Both the position numbers and the translations under genes were made by a program. The notes below the pieces were generated by a model that saw only the letters and a list, made by a program, of their open reading frames with translations, did not search any database and was not told the origin of the DNA. From Anthoceros angustus (Eukaryota; Plantae; Anthocerotophyta), in NCBI GenBank assembly GCA_010909165.1, contig VJWM01000219.1, positions 62,001 to 126,000 on the forward strand: a stretch of DNA of 64,000 bases. The letters are read 5' to 3'. Of this stretch, positions 49,042 to 60,645 are shown piece by piece; position 1 is the first letter of the stretch, and the number at the start of each line of letters is the position of its first letter.

Positions 49042-50232
49042 ACAAGTTGGATTGATGCAAGGTGTACATGATCTCCCACATATAGTACAACAATTGTTTC
49101 TTCCATGTGCTTCATGGTGCTTTTCTTAACGCTCCTGGGGAAAGTTATTGGCCAGCATTTCCTTCTCTCTCTCGCTTAGGTCTTCCTTCTTACCTGGCTC
49201 TCTGTGTAATATTGTGGCTCCAGGACTCAAGGACAGATTGACATCCAACAGGAAAGTGGGAACGGGTAATGCTCACTGAGCGAGGACGTTTGGAGAAAAT
49301 CCTGCTGGTGGATTGTGGTCGCTTCCTTACTTGGTCTGCACAAAGCAGGGGAGGGCGGGCAGGGGCCACATCGCATGTCGATTTCAGATGCACACTCAAG
49401 CCAGCAACACTCTTGGTGGCTTGTAAGGCCTCACTGTTTGTTGCAGCTGTGCTGATGCCATCATAGAGGTGTTTGCTTCAGCTGTTGACAGATGTTGGAA
49501 TCTGGCCGCAAGTGTGATTAGACCTTCAGAATCTGTTCGGCAGGGCAGCTCTGTCGCAAGTAGATGTCAGTATGGGTTTGCTCCTGAAAATCAATTAAGC
49601 TCGACTACTTTGTGTTCACCACAACTGTACACCTGTTATGCGCAGATTCTCTCTCCGGTAACGTTCCGGGACAGCTGATGGTGCAGAGGTAGCGAGGTTC
49701 TCCTTACTTGGTGACACGTTTACGATTATCTCAAAGCCTTTTCCAAGGGGAGAGGTTTCAAGAGTTTCCGGTTCAGGATACATAGGTACATTTTGTACAG
49801 TTGGCATCACGACCTCCACATTGCCTTCGTAAAAACTCCTGCTAGTCTCCGTCGTTTCTGTTTTTTCTAGACTTGCATCCTCAAGGCTGAACCTGCCTCC
49901 CCGAAGGGGCCAGCTCGTCAGGGCTTACGAGGGCCCCGAAGAGGCTTACAACAGGTGATGTATCATGTCAATGGTGTTCAACAGGGGATGTGTAACTCAT
50001 CCCAGTAGTGCTTCGACGGGATGTCGCTTGACTGTGGAGTTCTTGCGAACTCTAATCTAAACGTCACTCCCTCAAGGGAGGACCTACATCCTTTATTTTA
50101 CTACCTTGCGATAGTTCACACTATGAAGTATCCTCCTCTCCACAACCTAGAATTTGAATTGGCAGCCTCAAAAAAAAACACTAGACTCAACGCTGAAAGA
50201 ATATCCTAACGGACCTTACATGATCCCCTACC

Positions 50233-53200
50233 TCATAGAAGCGTTACGCCCAATTCTGCAATTTTAAGCTCTAAATCCTGGAGGTTTTTCTTGTGATTCA
50301 CTAAAAAGTTTTTGTCAGAAGCTAGTTTCACTTCGAGTTTTTCACGAAGATCTGCCGCGTTCTTTAGTTCTTTCTCCAGCTTCTGTATCCACCACAAAAG
50401 GGACCGTTACTAGGAGCATTCCTTGGCCAAGCGGAAAGGAGAAGTTTCCGAGTAACTGACCTTTTTGGCTTGCTTAGACAGTTCCTTCCCATCGAGATCA
50501 TGAGTGGGGAAGCCATTGTTATCGAAACGAGAATACTTGTTGGTCAAGACATCCGGCGGTGAAGAAGCACCTCCCCACTTTTCCACCTCCTTTCGCTATA
50601 CCAATGATCATGCATAAGCAACGGAGACTACAAAAACCCCAAGACTTGCAACGATAATTTCCAAGCAGTAAAACACCAACCAGCTTATCTCTCGTTTCCT
50701 CCATCTTTCGGAGCTTCGCTTTTAGCTTATCATTCCTTTCCTGCCGAAGACTTTGAACATCATCCAGGAAGCATATCGGTCCCAAAGGTGTGTCATCCAG
50801 TAGCACACCAAGGTCAACCAGCGTACCATCTCGCACACTATCTGTTATCTCCAAAATTCTCTCCTGCCGAGACAATAATAGTTGCACAACCTGGGTTACA
50901 CACAGGAACAAACGCAGGTAACCTTTGAACTGAAGACGATGCTCTGGCTACCTTAGATGCACCACCAACGGCTGCCACGTTAACTTCCTCCTTGAATGCC
51001 AAGAAAGCATTTACATAGGGACTCTGTTGACAAAAGAGGTCAGTAACCAGCACACAAAGCCTTCAATGCAAGATAGGTCGGTGCAATCTGTGTGCTTAGC
51101 AATGGTCAACAAATACAAGGACACCCAAGAATCTGAGGATCTAAGAACACCAGCTTTCACTTACCAGAAGCTGCTGTTCACCCTGGGGCAAATGTTGAAC
51201 ATCAAAAGTAGGGGCTATACGAAGTAATTCCAGAATAGCCTCCTGCTTGCACGTCATAATAGAAAATTAGAGTCGTCGAAAACGTAAGCATGCAGATATT
51301 GCAGATACTTGCATGAACTCATTTAGGAAACAGCAGCAGCAAGGCTGAAGACAACTTGGAGTTCATACATTAGAGCTTCCAGCCCTGGCTGCAGCTCTGA
51401 TGCTTTGTCTGAAGGCCGAGAAGTCATCCAGATACGGGGCCTGCACAGAGAAGACCACCAAGTCAACCTGAAACCGCATCATGTTGAAGTCACACTGCAA
51501 GAGTTGATGTCCGCCTATTTGAAGCAAAACATTTCTGTACTGGCAGACTCTAAACACACCACAAGATTTTCAAGATCCGTGGTTCGTCCAAAGCCAATCT
51601 CACTTTCTTGCACATCTGATAACCCTGTTGCAACCAGACATGGAAACTGTACATTAAGTTGATGGACACACAAAATGCTTCCAGCTCTAAGCGAACACTC
51701 CCCATCGCATCAATTTATCAAGCAGAAGTGATACGGCCTAAAGATGTACCGAATATCCGAAGAATATGTGTGACAAAAGAGGCAGCCTCCATCGTGAGGA
51801 GAATTATTGGCCATCCTGACACGAGCACCTTCTTCTCAATGTACAAAAGCACTGCTTTGACAAGGTTAAGAACAGCAAGGAGTGCTCCAGATGTGTCAAA
51901 ATTGTCCTCAAGCCGATTCCGGACCTGCGAGAAGAGAGAGATGCTGAGAATGTTGTGCATTACCATTACTAAAACAACGAAGTAGCTGAGAACACGTACC
52001 TGGCTTTCAGCCTCCAGATACTGAATGTTAAGTGTTTTCTCTTCCGCCTTCCACTTTTCAACATCACTCCGCTCCTGAAATAACAGAACAGAGAGAGTGC
52101 CTAAGCTGAACAATAGAGCCTGTACACAAAAAGACCTAAATGCGGCAGCAACAGATAATCTGAGAAACACGGGATATGTTCACAAAGGTGATCGAACGGC
52201 AGTACAAAGGCTGGAATCAGTGGACGGACCCCTTTTAGAACGAGATTCACATACGCAAAGAACCTCTTCAGTTGTCTTTCTTTCGCCTTGGCTTCGTTCA
52301 ATGCTCCATCATTGAAATTCATGGGCTGCTCGATAGTGCAAAAACGAGGTCAAGGCCATGTCAATAGCTTCAATAGATTTTATGCTCTCTTGGAAGCTCG
52401 TCTTGCTAACACACCTTATCCCATGATTGCATTATGAACAGAAAGCGTAGTTGCCTCGAAGTGTGCTTCTTGAGGGCCTGCATATAGCACCAACCTATAA
52501 GGCCACATAAACCGAGAAAATGTAGCAAAGAATCTGTTCACAGGGGCATTATCAGAAGCTTAGGAGCCAAGAAACTTGTGAAGAAGAGCCATAAGCAATG
52601 CATTCTAGACGCAGATAACTTTATTTTCTGAACTTAGGCACATCATCCTATCCTTCATGACCCAGGTTTGAGCCAGTGCACCAGAAAAGAGTACAAAGGT
52701 CGGACCAGGAAAGTGTACAAAGAAAGAAGAAAACATATAGCAATGCCTCAAAAACCTCTTTAATGGTGATAAAGTTCTTGAGGGACTTTGACATCTTGAG
52801 CCCATCAATGGAAAGATGGCCTGAATGAAGAAAGTACTTCACCCACTGCAAATAAGAGCACATGTCATATTCCACAAACTTGATCAACAAATCTAGCACC
52901 CGTTTGGTACCAAGCCAGGATTTTTGCATGCAACCCAAGTTCTTGGTGACCTACTTCGTTGCAGTCATAGTGGGCCTCTGCCTGCGCAATTTCATTAGTG
53001 TGATGAGGGAACTGCAAATCGCTGCAATCACAAAGCGTAAGTCACACATCCAGACTCAAAGGACATGTAATACAGTTGAGACTATCTTCATACTAAAGTG
53101 AGATTGCTAGTACCCAGTGGATTCACTTTTATCAGCCACAAAAAGGTTCGGGAAAGAACATACAGCCCGCCGGAGTGAATGTCAACTCTGGGCCCAATGA

Positions 53201-55127
53201 CATCACCAGCCATTGCTGAGCATTCAATATGCCATCCTGGTCGTCCTTCACCCCAACGTGATTCCCACGAGGGCTCTCCACTTTTGCTGGCCTGTACACA
53301 AAAATGCCCTTCTGGTTATCTTTCAACTCCCAACGAGTTCCCCATGAAAAATGCAAAGCAGAAGCCACTGGGACGAAGCATCTACTGCTGAAAGTTACTA
53401 ACCTTCCAGAGAGCAAAATCACATTTGTTCTTCTTGAACGTGCTGTCAAAATTCTGTTCACTTTCACTGGCCAGCCCTGTATTGCCAACTGCCCAAGGAT
53501 TAAGCTTCCCATAAGTGTGGCCAGACCCCCTGTGGACAATAGCCAAACAGATGGCAGGGGATGAGTCATAAGTGGTGGACATACGCTGTCATCCAGTCAA
53601 ATAGATACGGTTAAAAGCAGGATAAAGTGCTTACTCAAATCTAGTGGTGTCAAAGTAAACACTTCCATGCACCTCATACGCAAAACCTCTTGAATATATC
53701 TTCTCGATGTAGTCAAGAATTTCAGGAATGTAACTGAGGCATAAGAAAGGAAATGAATCAGCAACCTCTACACAAACAATTCCAGCCATAACCCAAATCC
53801 GACTTACTCTGACACCCTTGTCAGAACACGAGGAGGTCTTACACCCAAGTCCAACATGTCTTGCTTAAACTCCCGCTCATATCTGCTATCACCATCATAT
53901 CCATGCGTCATTGACTTGGCAGAGAAACAGGCAGTCTTTCTAATGCAAAATAGTCTTTAGGGGATGACTCCAAGACTTACTTTAACGCATGAGACCTGAA
54001 AATCGTCTTATCAGTGACACTTGCCCCTTGCTCGTAGTCCAGATAAGAGGCAAGTGCATCCGCAGCACCGTCAGCAATTAATACATCGACACCCTCCTTC
54101 CCACCCAGGGAGAGGGCATCAGATGTCCTGGTCTGCGTCTCGGTTTGCGCCTGGATCAACTTAGAGAGCTTCAGCTGTTCTTGCTTCAGTTTCTACATGG
54201 AGGAACACAGGCAAGACTGTCAGGTGATTACCAGCTACCAGTCACATAGCGCAAGAAGTTGTGATGTTACAAAAGGAAAAGAACAATGTGCCTCACCTCA
54301 TCCAGCTCATCCCTTTGTTTGCTCCCTTCAGCAGCCTGAATGCTTTGCTCCGATATGTCTCTCACCTGGAACATCAGAACCACACCTTCAGATCAGGGAT
54401 GAGGATGCAGGGTCTGGACAAAACCTCAAGACACTGACAGACGCGATCAGGACCAAACCTTGTCCGTCTGTCGCGAAATCTCAGCAGAAAAAGCCTGGCC
54501 AAGCTTATCCACGACCTGATGTCGTATCACACTGTGAGAAACAATACATACTATGACAGAGACCAAATAATTCAGCCAAGGGATCCTCCAGATCCCTTGG
54601 CTGAATTATTTGGTCAGCCGACCAAATATGTTGTGTTTGCAACCTGGCAAGGATCGGAGACGCTGGCCCGATACTGCTCCAACAAGTAGTTCCTTCGTGC
54701 TCGATAGATGATCTTGTCGTCCACATCCGTGACATTCATCACATAAAACACTTCATATCTGAAGTAATCCTGCAAAGTACAAGAGGGCTGGTGACGGATA
54801 GTCCAAATGCGTGCCAGGTGCGCTTTCAGCAGAGAAACTTGGGTGAGCTCACCTCCAGAATGCGGCGAAGAATATCAAAGGTGACATAATTCCTGGCGTG
54901 ACCCACATGCGAGGAGTCATACACGGTGGGTCCGCAGATGTACCAAGAGACTGGCGGCGGAAACAAGCAGATGGTGAGCAGTGGAAATCACAGGAAATCG
55001 GGTGAGGCGTGAAGCGAGTGAAATCACCTTTGTGAGAGCCATCAACTGTCGTAAAGAGTTCCTTCTGCCTAGTGAGACTATTGTAAACCCGAAGGCCCCT
55101 GGGCACAGCGTCGCCTCCGTTCTCCAT
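50233..55127 (-). CDS. CysRS: Cysteinyl-tRNA synthetase, eukaryotic cytosolic type, many exons
   Basis: [20 protein letters not shown]; [11 protein letters not shown]; DFALWK; [12 protein letters not shown]; [10 protein letters not shown]; [21 protein letters not shown]; stop at 50233-50235. Confidence 0.93.
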
Positions 55128-55138
55128 GACTCGCAGAA

Positions 55139-55260
55139 CAGCCAATTTGCGAATGAACAAGCAGGCAATTTCCGACTGAACGAGCATTCAGTTTCCTAGT
55201 TCAGTGAAACACCCGCACTTTATTCAATAACTTTCAACCCATCTACCATATAACAAGCTT
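55139..55260. repeat. Dispersed repeat copy 1 (23-bp units plus unique tail), immediately 5' of the CysRS ATG
   Basis: CAGCCAATTTGCGAATGAACAAG-type units followed by ...CTAGTTCAGTGAAACAC...ACTTTATT..ATAA...AACCCATCT; similar to 57080-57224. Confidence 0.8.
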
Positions 55261-55709
55261 ACAAGGCAATAGCTTCATAACGCAAGTAAAACCATACAAC
55301 TACACTTACCAGCATATAGATACATTGGAGTACAGCCTTTATATAGAACGGGTGGACTAAATCAAGAATTTATATGATATTTAATAATATCATATATAAA
55401 AATAATATTAAATATCATAGAATGGATTAATTTTTCCTAAGTTTTGATGTAAGCATTTTTAGGGGTCATGGTAAACATGACGTCATCGTAATGCCATGAG
55501 TGTCAATTTGTACATTGTTCCTTTGGGGACAAAGGGCTGTATCCCACATGCTTCAAAAGACACAGTCTAGTACAATCGTACAATCCTTCTCTAATGGATG
55601 ATTGGGATGTTTTAGACCGAACGTTTATTGAAATTTTATCTCTTTAATTGAGACTCTTGTATGTATATATGTTATAAGTATTGAATATTTACTTTAAGTG
55701 AATATTTAC

Positions 55710-55743
55710 TTAAAGCTCTTCCCTACAAAGGGAAGAGCTTTAA
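55710..55743. repeat. Perfect 15-bp inverted repeat with a 4-nt loop
   Basis: TTAAAGCTCTTCCCT-ACAA-AGGGAAGAGCTTTAA. Confidence 0.85.
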
Positions 55744-57002
55744 AGCTTTACACTCACGTAATTCAAGTAGCTCTTTTTGTGTCCAAGCAATAACATATGT
55801 TCTAGTCCGTCATATTGGACTGGAACTCTGAGAGCCTTTGCAGTCTCAGGAAGTCATGGCGGCACTAGAAGAGAGAGCTAGGTTAGCCGGAGAGAGAATG
55901 AAATTATAAAAGATAAAATAATGACCAGTGATAAGTTGAGGATCGAATTTTTCCCGTGTACCGTGATAAGTTGAGCACCAAATTTACAATAACAAATTGG
56001 AATTGCTATCGTTTTATCTCAGTTTAGTTTTAACAATTCAACATGACATTTGGTTCAATCTAGATCATGGTTCAGTTGAACCATGCATGCCACCTTGGCC
56101 AACTACGTGCCACATATAATTGTGTTCGTGTTATAATTCGTTATATTTGGTTTGCCACATACTCAACTGCTAACCTAGAACGTTTATGGACTTTGTTGTT
56201 GGTGTGTTCATCAACGTTCTTCAATTTCTCTTATTAGAGTTAGTTCACAAACCAATTGGATTCTCCCAATTGAAATATTCAACCAAAAGTGGTACAGACT
56301 CATTATGTAAATTAATTGATAATTATAATCAAATTATTCATAAGTAATAACTGCAAAAATTACCGTTAAAGAATAGTAACAAACATAACTTCCATCAACA
56401 GAAAACAAAGGGGTAAATGACCACAAATGGGTCGCGGCTGTTGCAGGTTTTGATCTCCACAACAAAAAAGATCAAAAATGCGCCACAGATGTTGTAAGTT
56501 TTGGTCTCCACAAAACGGCCGAGATGTGGGAAAATGGAGTCAATCATCGTGGTTCACAAAATTGAGGGGCTACATTGATTTGCTTCGAACGCAACTAACC
56601 CAACCAAGCGTTCACAGTCTACTCTACCTACTACCATAGGCTACAAGCCCCCAAAGTCGCGGCCTCTGCTCCCCCCGCCTCCACCCCCACTCGGCATAAT
56701 TCTACTCATCCTGGTCAAATAGAGAAGAGAAGCATACGTATGCCTTCGCTCTCTCGGGACGATAGAAACGGCTGGGTTACCCGATCTCGAAAAAAACCCA
56801 AGCCTAAATATTATGCATAATTCATATCGAGATTCTCTAGGGCCTAAGTCATCGGATTTTTTTCCCTCAAATGTCATGAGATGAGGATAGGTGACGCGGA
56901 TGTCACTTTAGACTCCCCTTGATTTATCACAGCCTTGCTTTTTTGCCAGACGTAAAAAACATACTTGAAAGTCTCGATTTGAGACTTCCTATCGTGTAGG
57001 GA

Positions 57003-57224
57003 TCAAGGGGGAAGAATGTCAAGCACTGAATGAATAAACAGGGGTTAAGGGGGAGAATGTCAAGCTCTGAATGGACAAACAACCAATTTGCGAACGAACA
57101 ATCAGCCAATTTGCAAATGAACAAGCAGTCAATTTCCGAATGAACAAGTAGTCATTTTTCTAGTTCATTGAAACACACCCACTTTATTTAATAAGTTTAA
57201 ACCCATCTCAAATATGAGAAGCTT
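57003..57224. repeat. ~42-bp tandem pair followed by dispersed repeat copy 2 (three 23-bp units plus tail)
   Basis: AAGGGGG(A)AGAATGTCAAGC.CTGAATG twice, then CA.CCAATTTGC.AA.GAACAA units and the same tail as 55139-55260. Confidence 0.8.
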
Positions 57225-57883
57225 AGGAACTTATGTGGTCAAACATAGTAAGAAGGAGTAACTCAGCTCATATATGTCTAAAGTGGTCTACAATATTAGT
57301 TATGATACCATGACAGAAATATGGAAGAGTTATGCAGGATACATCACCCTGATAAATCTTTTGTTCCTCGTGGTTGTCCTTATAATTGCCGATTGCCGCC
57401 TGCATACCAACCATAGTTTAGTAATGTCCTTAATTTTTTTCAAGCACGGCATTAGGCATACCAAAGTTTATCTCTTAGATTAAGCTATTTAGGATGATCT
57501 TTTTATAATTAGATGCTCTTCATAAAGGAAATAGAGGTACCTGCACATCTATATCATGTAGGATTTTCTCAAAATTACGTATTCCATATAACAATTTTTA
57601 TGTTATAGGTAAAACTAAAAATAATCATTGAACACCGTTAGTGAAAATCTGATTTGAAAGACTGCCTCCAATCCTTGTCAAAGGATTGGATCAACATTTT
57701 CACTACCTAGGTATTCACCTTGAAGAGATTATATCTACAAAATTAAAAAGTAGCTTCAGCTTAAAGTCCTATTCAACAAATTTACGCTTTAATCCTTTTT
57801 TGCAAGCTTTGTCCACGAAACTGACAAAGCCAACAAGAAGAAAAGTGTGTACGCGAAGGTGGCCGGCGTGGAGTGATCAGACC

Positions 57884-58585
57884 ATGGGGTGGACGGAAGT
57901 TTGGGCCACCCTGGGGCCGGGATTAGCTGGCGCCGTGTTCGGAGGGGGCTGGTGGTTCTGGGTGGATGCCGTCGTGTGCAGCGCCATCACTGTCCCTTTT
58001 GTCCATTACCTCCCAGGTTGCTTGCTATGCTGCTTTGTGTTTTCCGCTTGCGAATTTTGCTTGCCGCGGTCTGGCTTCTCACACGGCCTGCAATGGGATG
58101 GGCGTGGCAGGAATTTTCGCATCCTTGGCGGCCCTCATGTTCAATTGCGTGAGGAGAGACGAGCTGCAAGATTATTCGCCCTACGACGACACAGGCTGCA
58201 GGTTTGCACGCTGGATGCTCTCGCGCGTACCCTGATTGCTTGCTCTAAGCTGAGCTGACCGCTTTCATGGCTGGGGTGCGCAGATCCAGGACGTGGCTGT
58301 TTCTGGCCTATGTCATATCGTTCGTGTCGTTGGCGGGGTCCGTGGGAATGTTGGCCAAGGATGCGTTGCAGGCATCAGGCCCTTCCACTTGGACTGGAAT
58401 AGCAGGTGTTCTCCAGTCCACTTTCATTCTCGTCAGGTATGGAGCTCGCCACGCCACTTACCTTTTCAGTTCTTAGTGGAAGCAAGCACTGATGGTCAAT
58501 GAAGACCACCTGTTTTGTTTACCTGTTGCCTGGTTGCAGTGGCCTGATGTACTGGACCTCAAGATCGCCATCCTCCGAGTACTGA
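57884..58585 (+). CDS. TMEM50/Vps68 (UPF0220) membrane protein, 4 exons
   Basis: AGAVFGGGWWFWVDA; HYLP|GIFASLAALMFNCV; RTWLFLAY; GLMYWTSRSPSSEY*. Confidence 0.9.
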
Positions 58586-58693
58586 TCCACTGGAATATCA
58601 CCCAGGAGGCTGTGGTAGCTAGGTTTTTGTAAGATAAACTTGCAGTGCATCTATGGGGCCCAGGGCAGGGAAGGATTGTGATATTGCGCTCAT

Positions 58694-60424
58694 TCAGCAG
58701 TTGAGGGCCGCCGACTCTGAGGCCCCGGGCGTGATGGCGGGACAAGTCCGGCGGTTGTGCCCCGCCAATCTGCATATGCCACATAGCTTCCTCTTTAGTT
58801 TGGTCTTTCGAACATTGTTTGAGGTGCAGGGATTTCCAGATTCTGGCTGATTTGTATTCGGATTCGGGCAGTTTCGTTTTAGATGACCTGTAAGCCCACA
58901 ATTGCTGCACCGGTTCTTTCTGCTAGGGTTCCTCCTCACCACCAAAGGTGTCTTCCTCACAAACCCTGTTGCTGGGCAAAAATGGCTCCTATGCCCTTCT
59001 TGTCCACACGTCTTGCACGTGTACGGCACACCTGCAAGGAAGGGAGAGCAACAGTAATGAGCACATGTCAACTTACCACTGCTCAACCTTCCTGTATCAG
59101 CCTTCACCTTTCATAGCCAGGCTGCGGTCCAGACGGTTCTTCGGATCCTGGAAAAACAGTTTCTGCTTCTCTGATATGCGCCGCCTCGCATGCTCCGTGG
59201 ATTTTGCTTTCTGCCAATTCTCTTTGAGCAAACGCCAAGTACCACTTCCATGTCACAACAATTCTCAGAAGAAGAAACACGTACCTTGATAGCAGCAGTC
59301 CTTTTGGCGCGCTGAACTGGATCCTGATGCAGCTTCTTCATGCGCCTACTGATCGAACCTGTTCTGCTCTCCAGTTCCTGCAATCACCAGACCAGACAGT
59401 TGAGCCCACCTCCCATCACATCTGGATCAAAATGACTACAGCGTCGGACGGATGATCGGACCTTGAGAGATCGGCTGATCTTTTCTCTCACTTCACTGGG
59501 GGTAGGCTTGTACACCCGGCCTGCCTTCCTTTTCGGGCCAGGAGGAAGGTCCATACTTTCGATGACCTCGTCGTCCGCTACTTTCAACGGGGAACTGTGG
59601 CAAATGACAGGGAAAATGAAGGGAGCTTCAGACGTGATCTGCCTTGCCTTGCCCGTCGGGTTGCAGCTGCCTGTGCCTCACTGGCGACAGCAGCAAGCAG
59701 TGTAAGAGACTGGAAGCCTCCTCTGCGAAAGGCAAGGAAGGCATTAGCAGGTACCGAGAACGAGCGCTCTCCCACGCCGTCTCGTTCACCGACTCCTCCC
59801 ATATCACTCTATCTCCCAGACACTGAGGGCAAGTCTTCAAGCCCTGGCAGACACCCACCCACCCACCCACCATATCCCGGCTCAGTCCAATCCGCCACGA
59901 CCCATCTCAAACCTCAAAACACAATGACCTGAGACGACCTTCCCGGAGCACTGAGGGCACTCGGGCTCCCTGCTGGTGATGCTGCAGGAAGAGCACTTGA
60001 GGTACCCCCGGCCTCGGCACGACGGGCAGGGCAGCTCCCGCACGTACTGCCCTTCCGGGCCATACCATGACCGTGGGTTCTTCCCGTCCGAAGACTGGAT
60101 GCTGCACGCAAGCAGACCACAGAGTGAGCCAGGGTATGAGCGCCCCGAATTGCGAAGGCTGGCCACAGAACCACCCACCTGGAGCTCATGTTCATCCCGA
60201 GGCCATACAGATTCTCGAACGGATCCCAGTCCACCTGCCCGAGTCGGGAGGAGGAATGTGAGGGACATGCAGGCTCCGGAAACAAATCCGCGCATCAGAT
60301 GCAGCCAGAGTACCCGGAATTGCGAGGGACCTTCCGCGTTCTGTGCATGAATTGGAGACGGAGACGCCTTCCACCACGCGCCCCGCGACAGCAGCAGCGG
60401 GGACTTGAAAAGGAGGAGATGCAT
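58694..60424 (-). CDS. CCHC zinc-knuckle protein with a DnaJ-like CxxCxGxG zinc finger (At5g20220-like)
   Basis: YGPEGQYVRELPCPSCRGRG..CPQCSGK|GLKTCPQCLGD.VIWEES; knuckles CKTCGQEGHRSHFC, CSNCGLTGHLKRNC and CGICRLAGHNRRTC. The start is 60424 or 60583. Confidence 0.82.
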
Positions 60425-60645
60425 GGCTCCGGCGCTCCCGCTGAGCTCCGGGCGGGCCCACGCGGCTTCGCGCGTTCCGGAGCCCCGTACCCCGACGCCC
60501 AGCAGCAGCAGGCCCGGCGGGAGCAGGACCAGCAGCAGGAGCGGAGATGGCGGCTTGAGCTTTGTCCGAGGAATGTTATCCATTTAGGTCTGCGCGCGAG
60601 GTAAGTGAGGGCCCGGGTGATCGAAAGCCTGCCTTTCCGACTGCC

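Noticed and set aside
57686-57883. Upstream extension of the TMEM50 ORF
   Set aside because: TTG start in AT-rich promoter DNA. Family similarity begins at the ATG at 57884.
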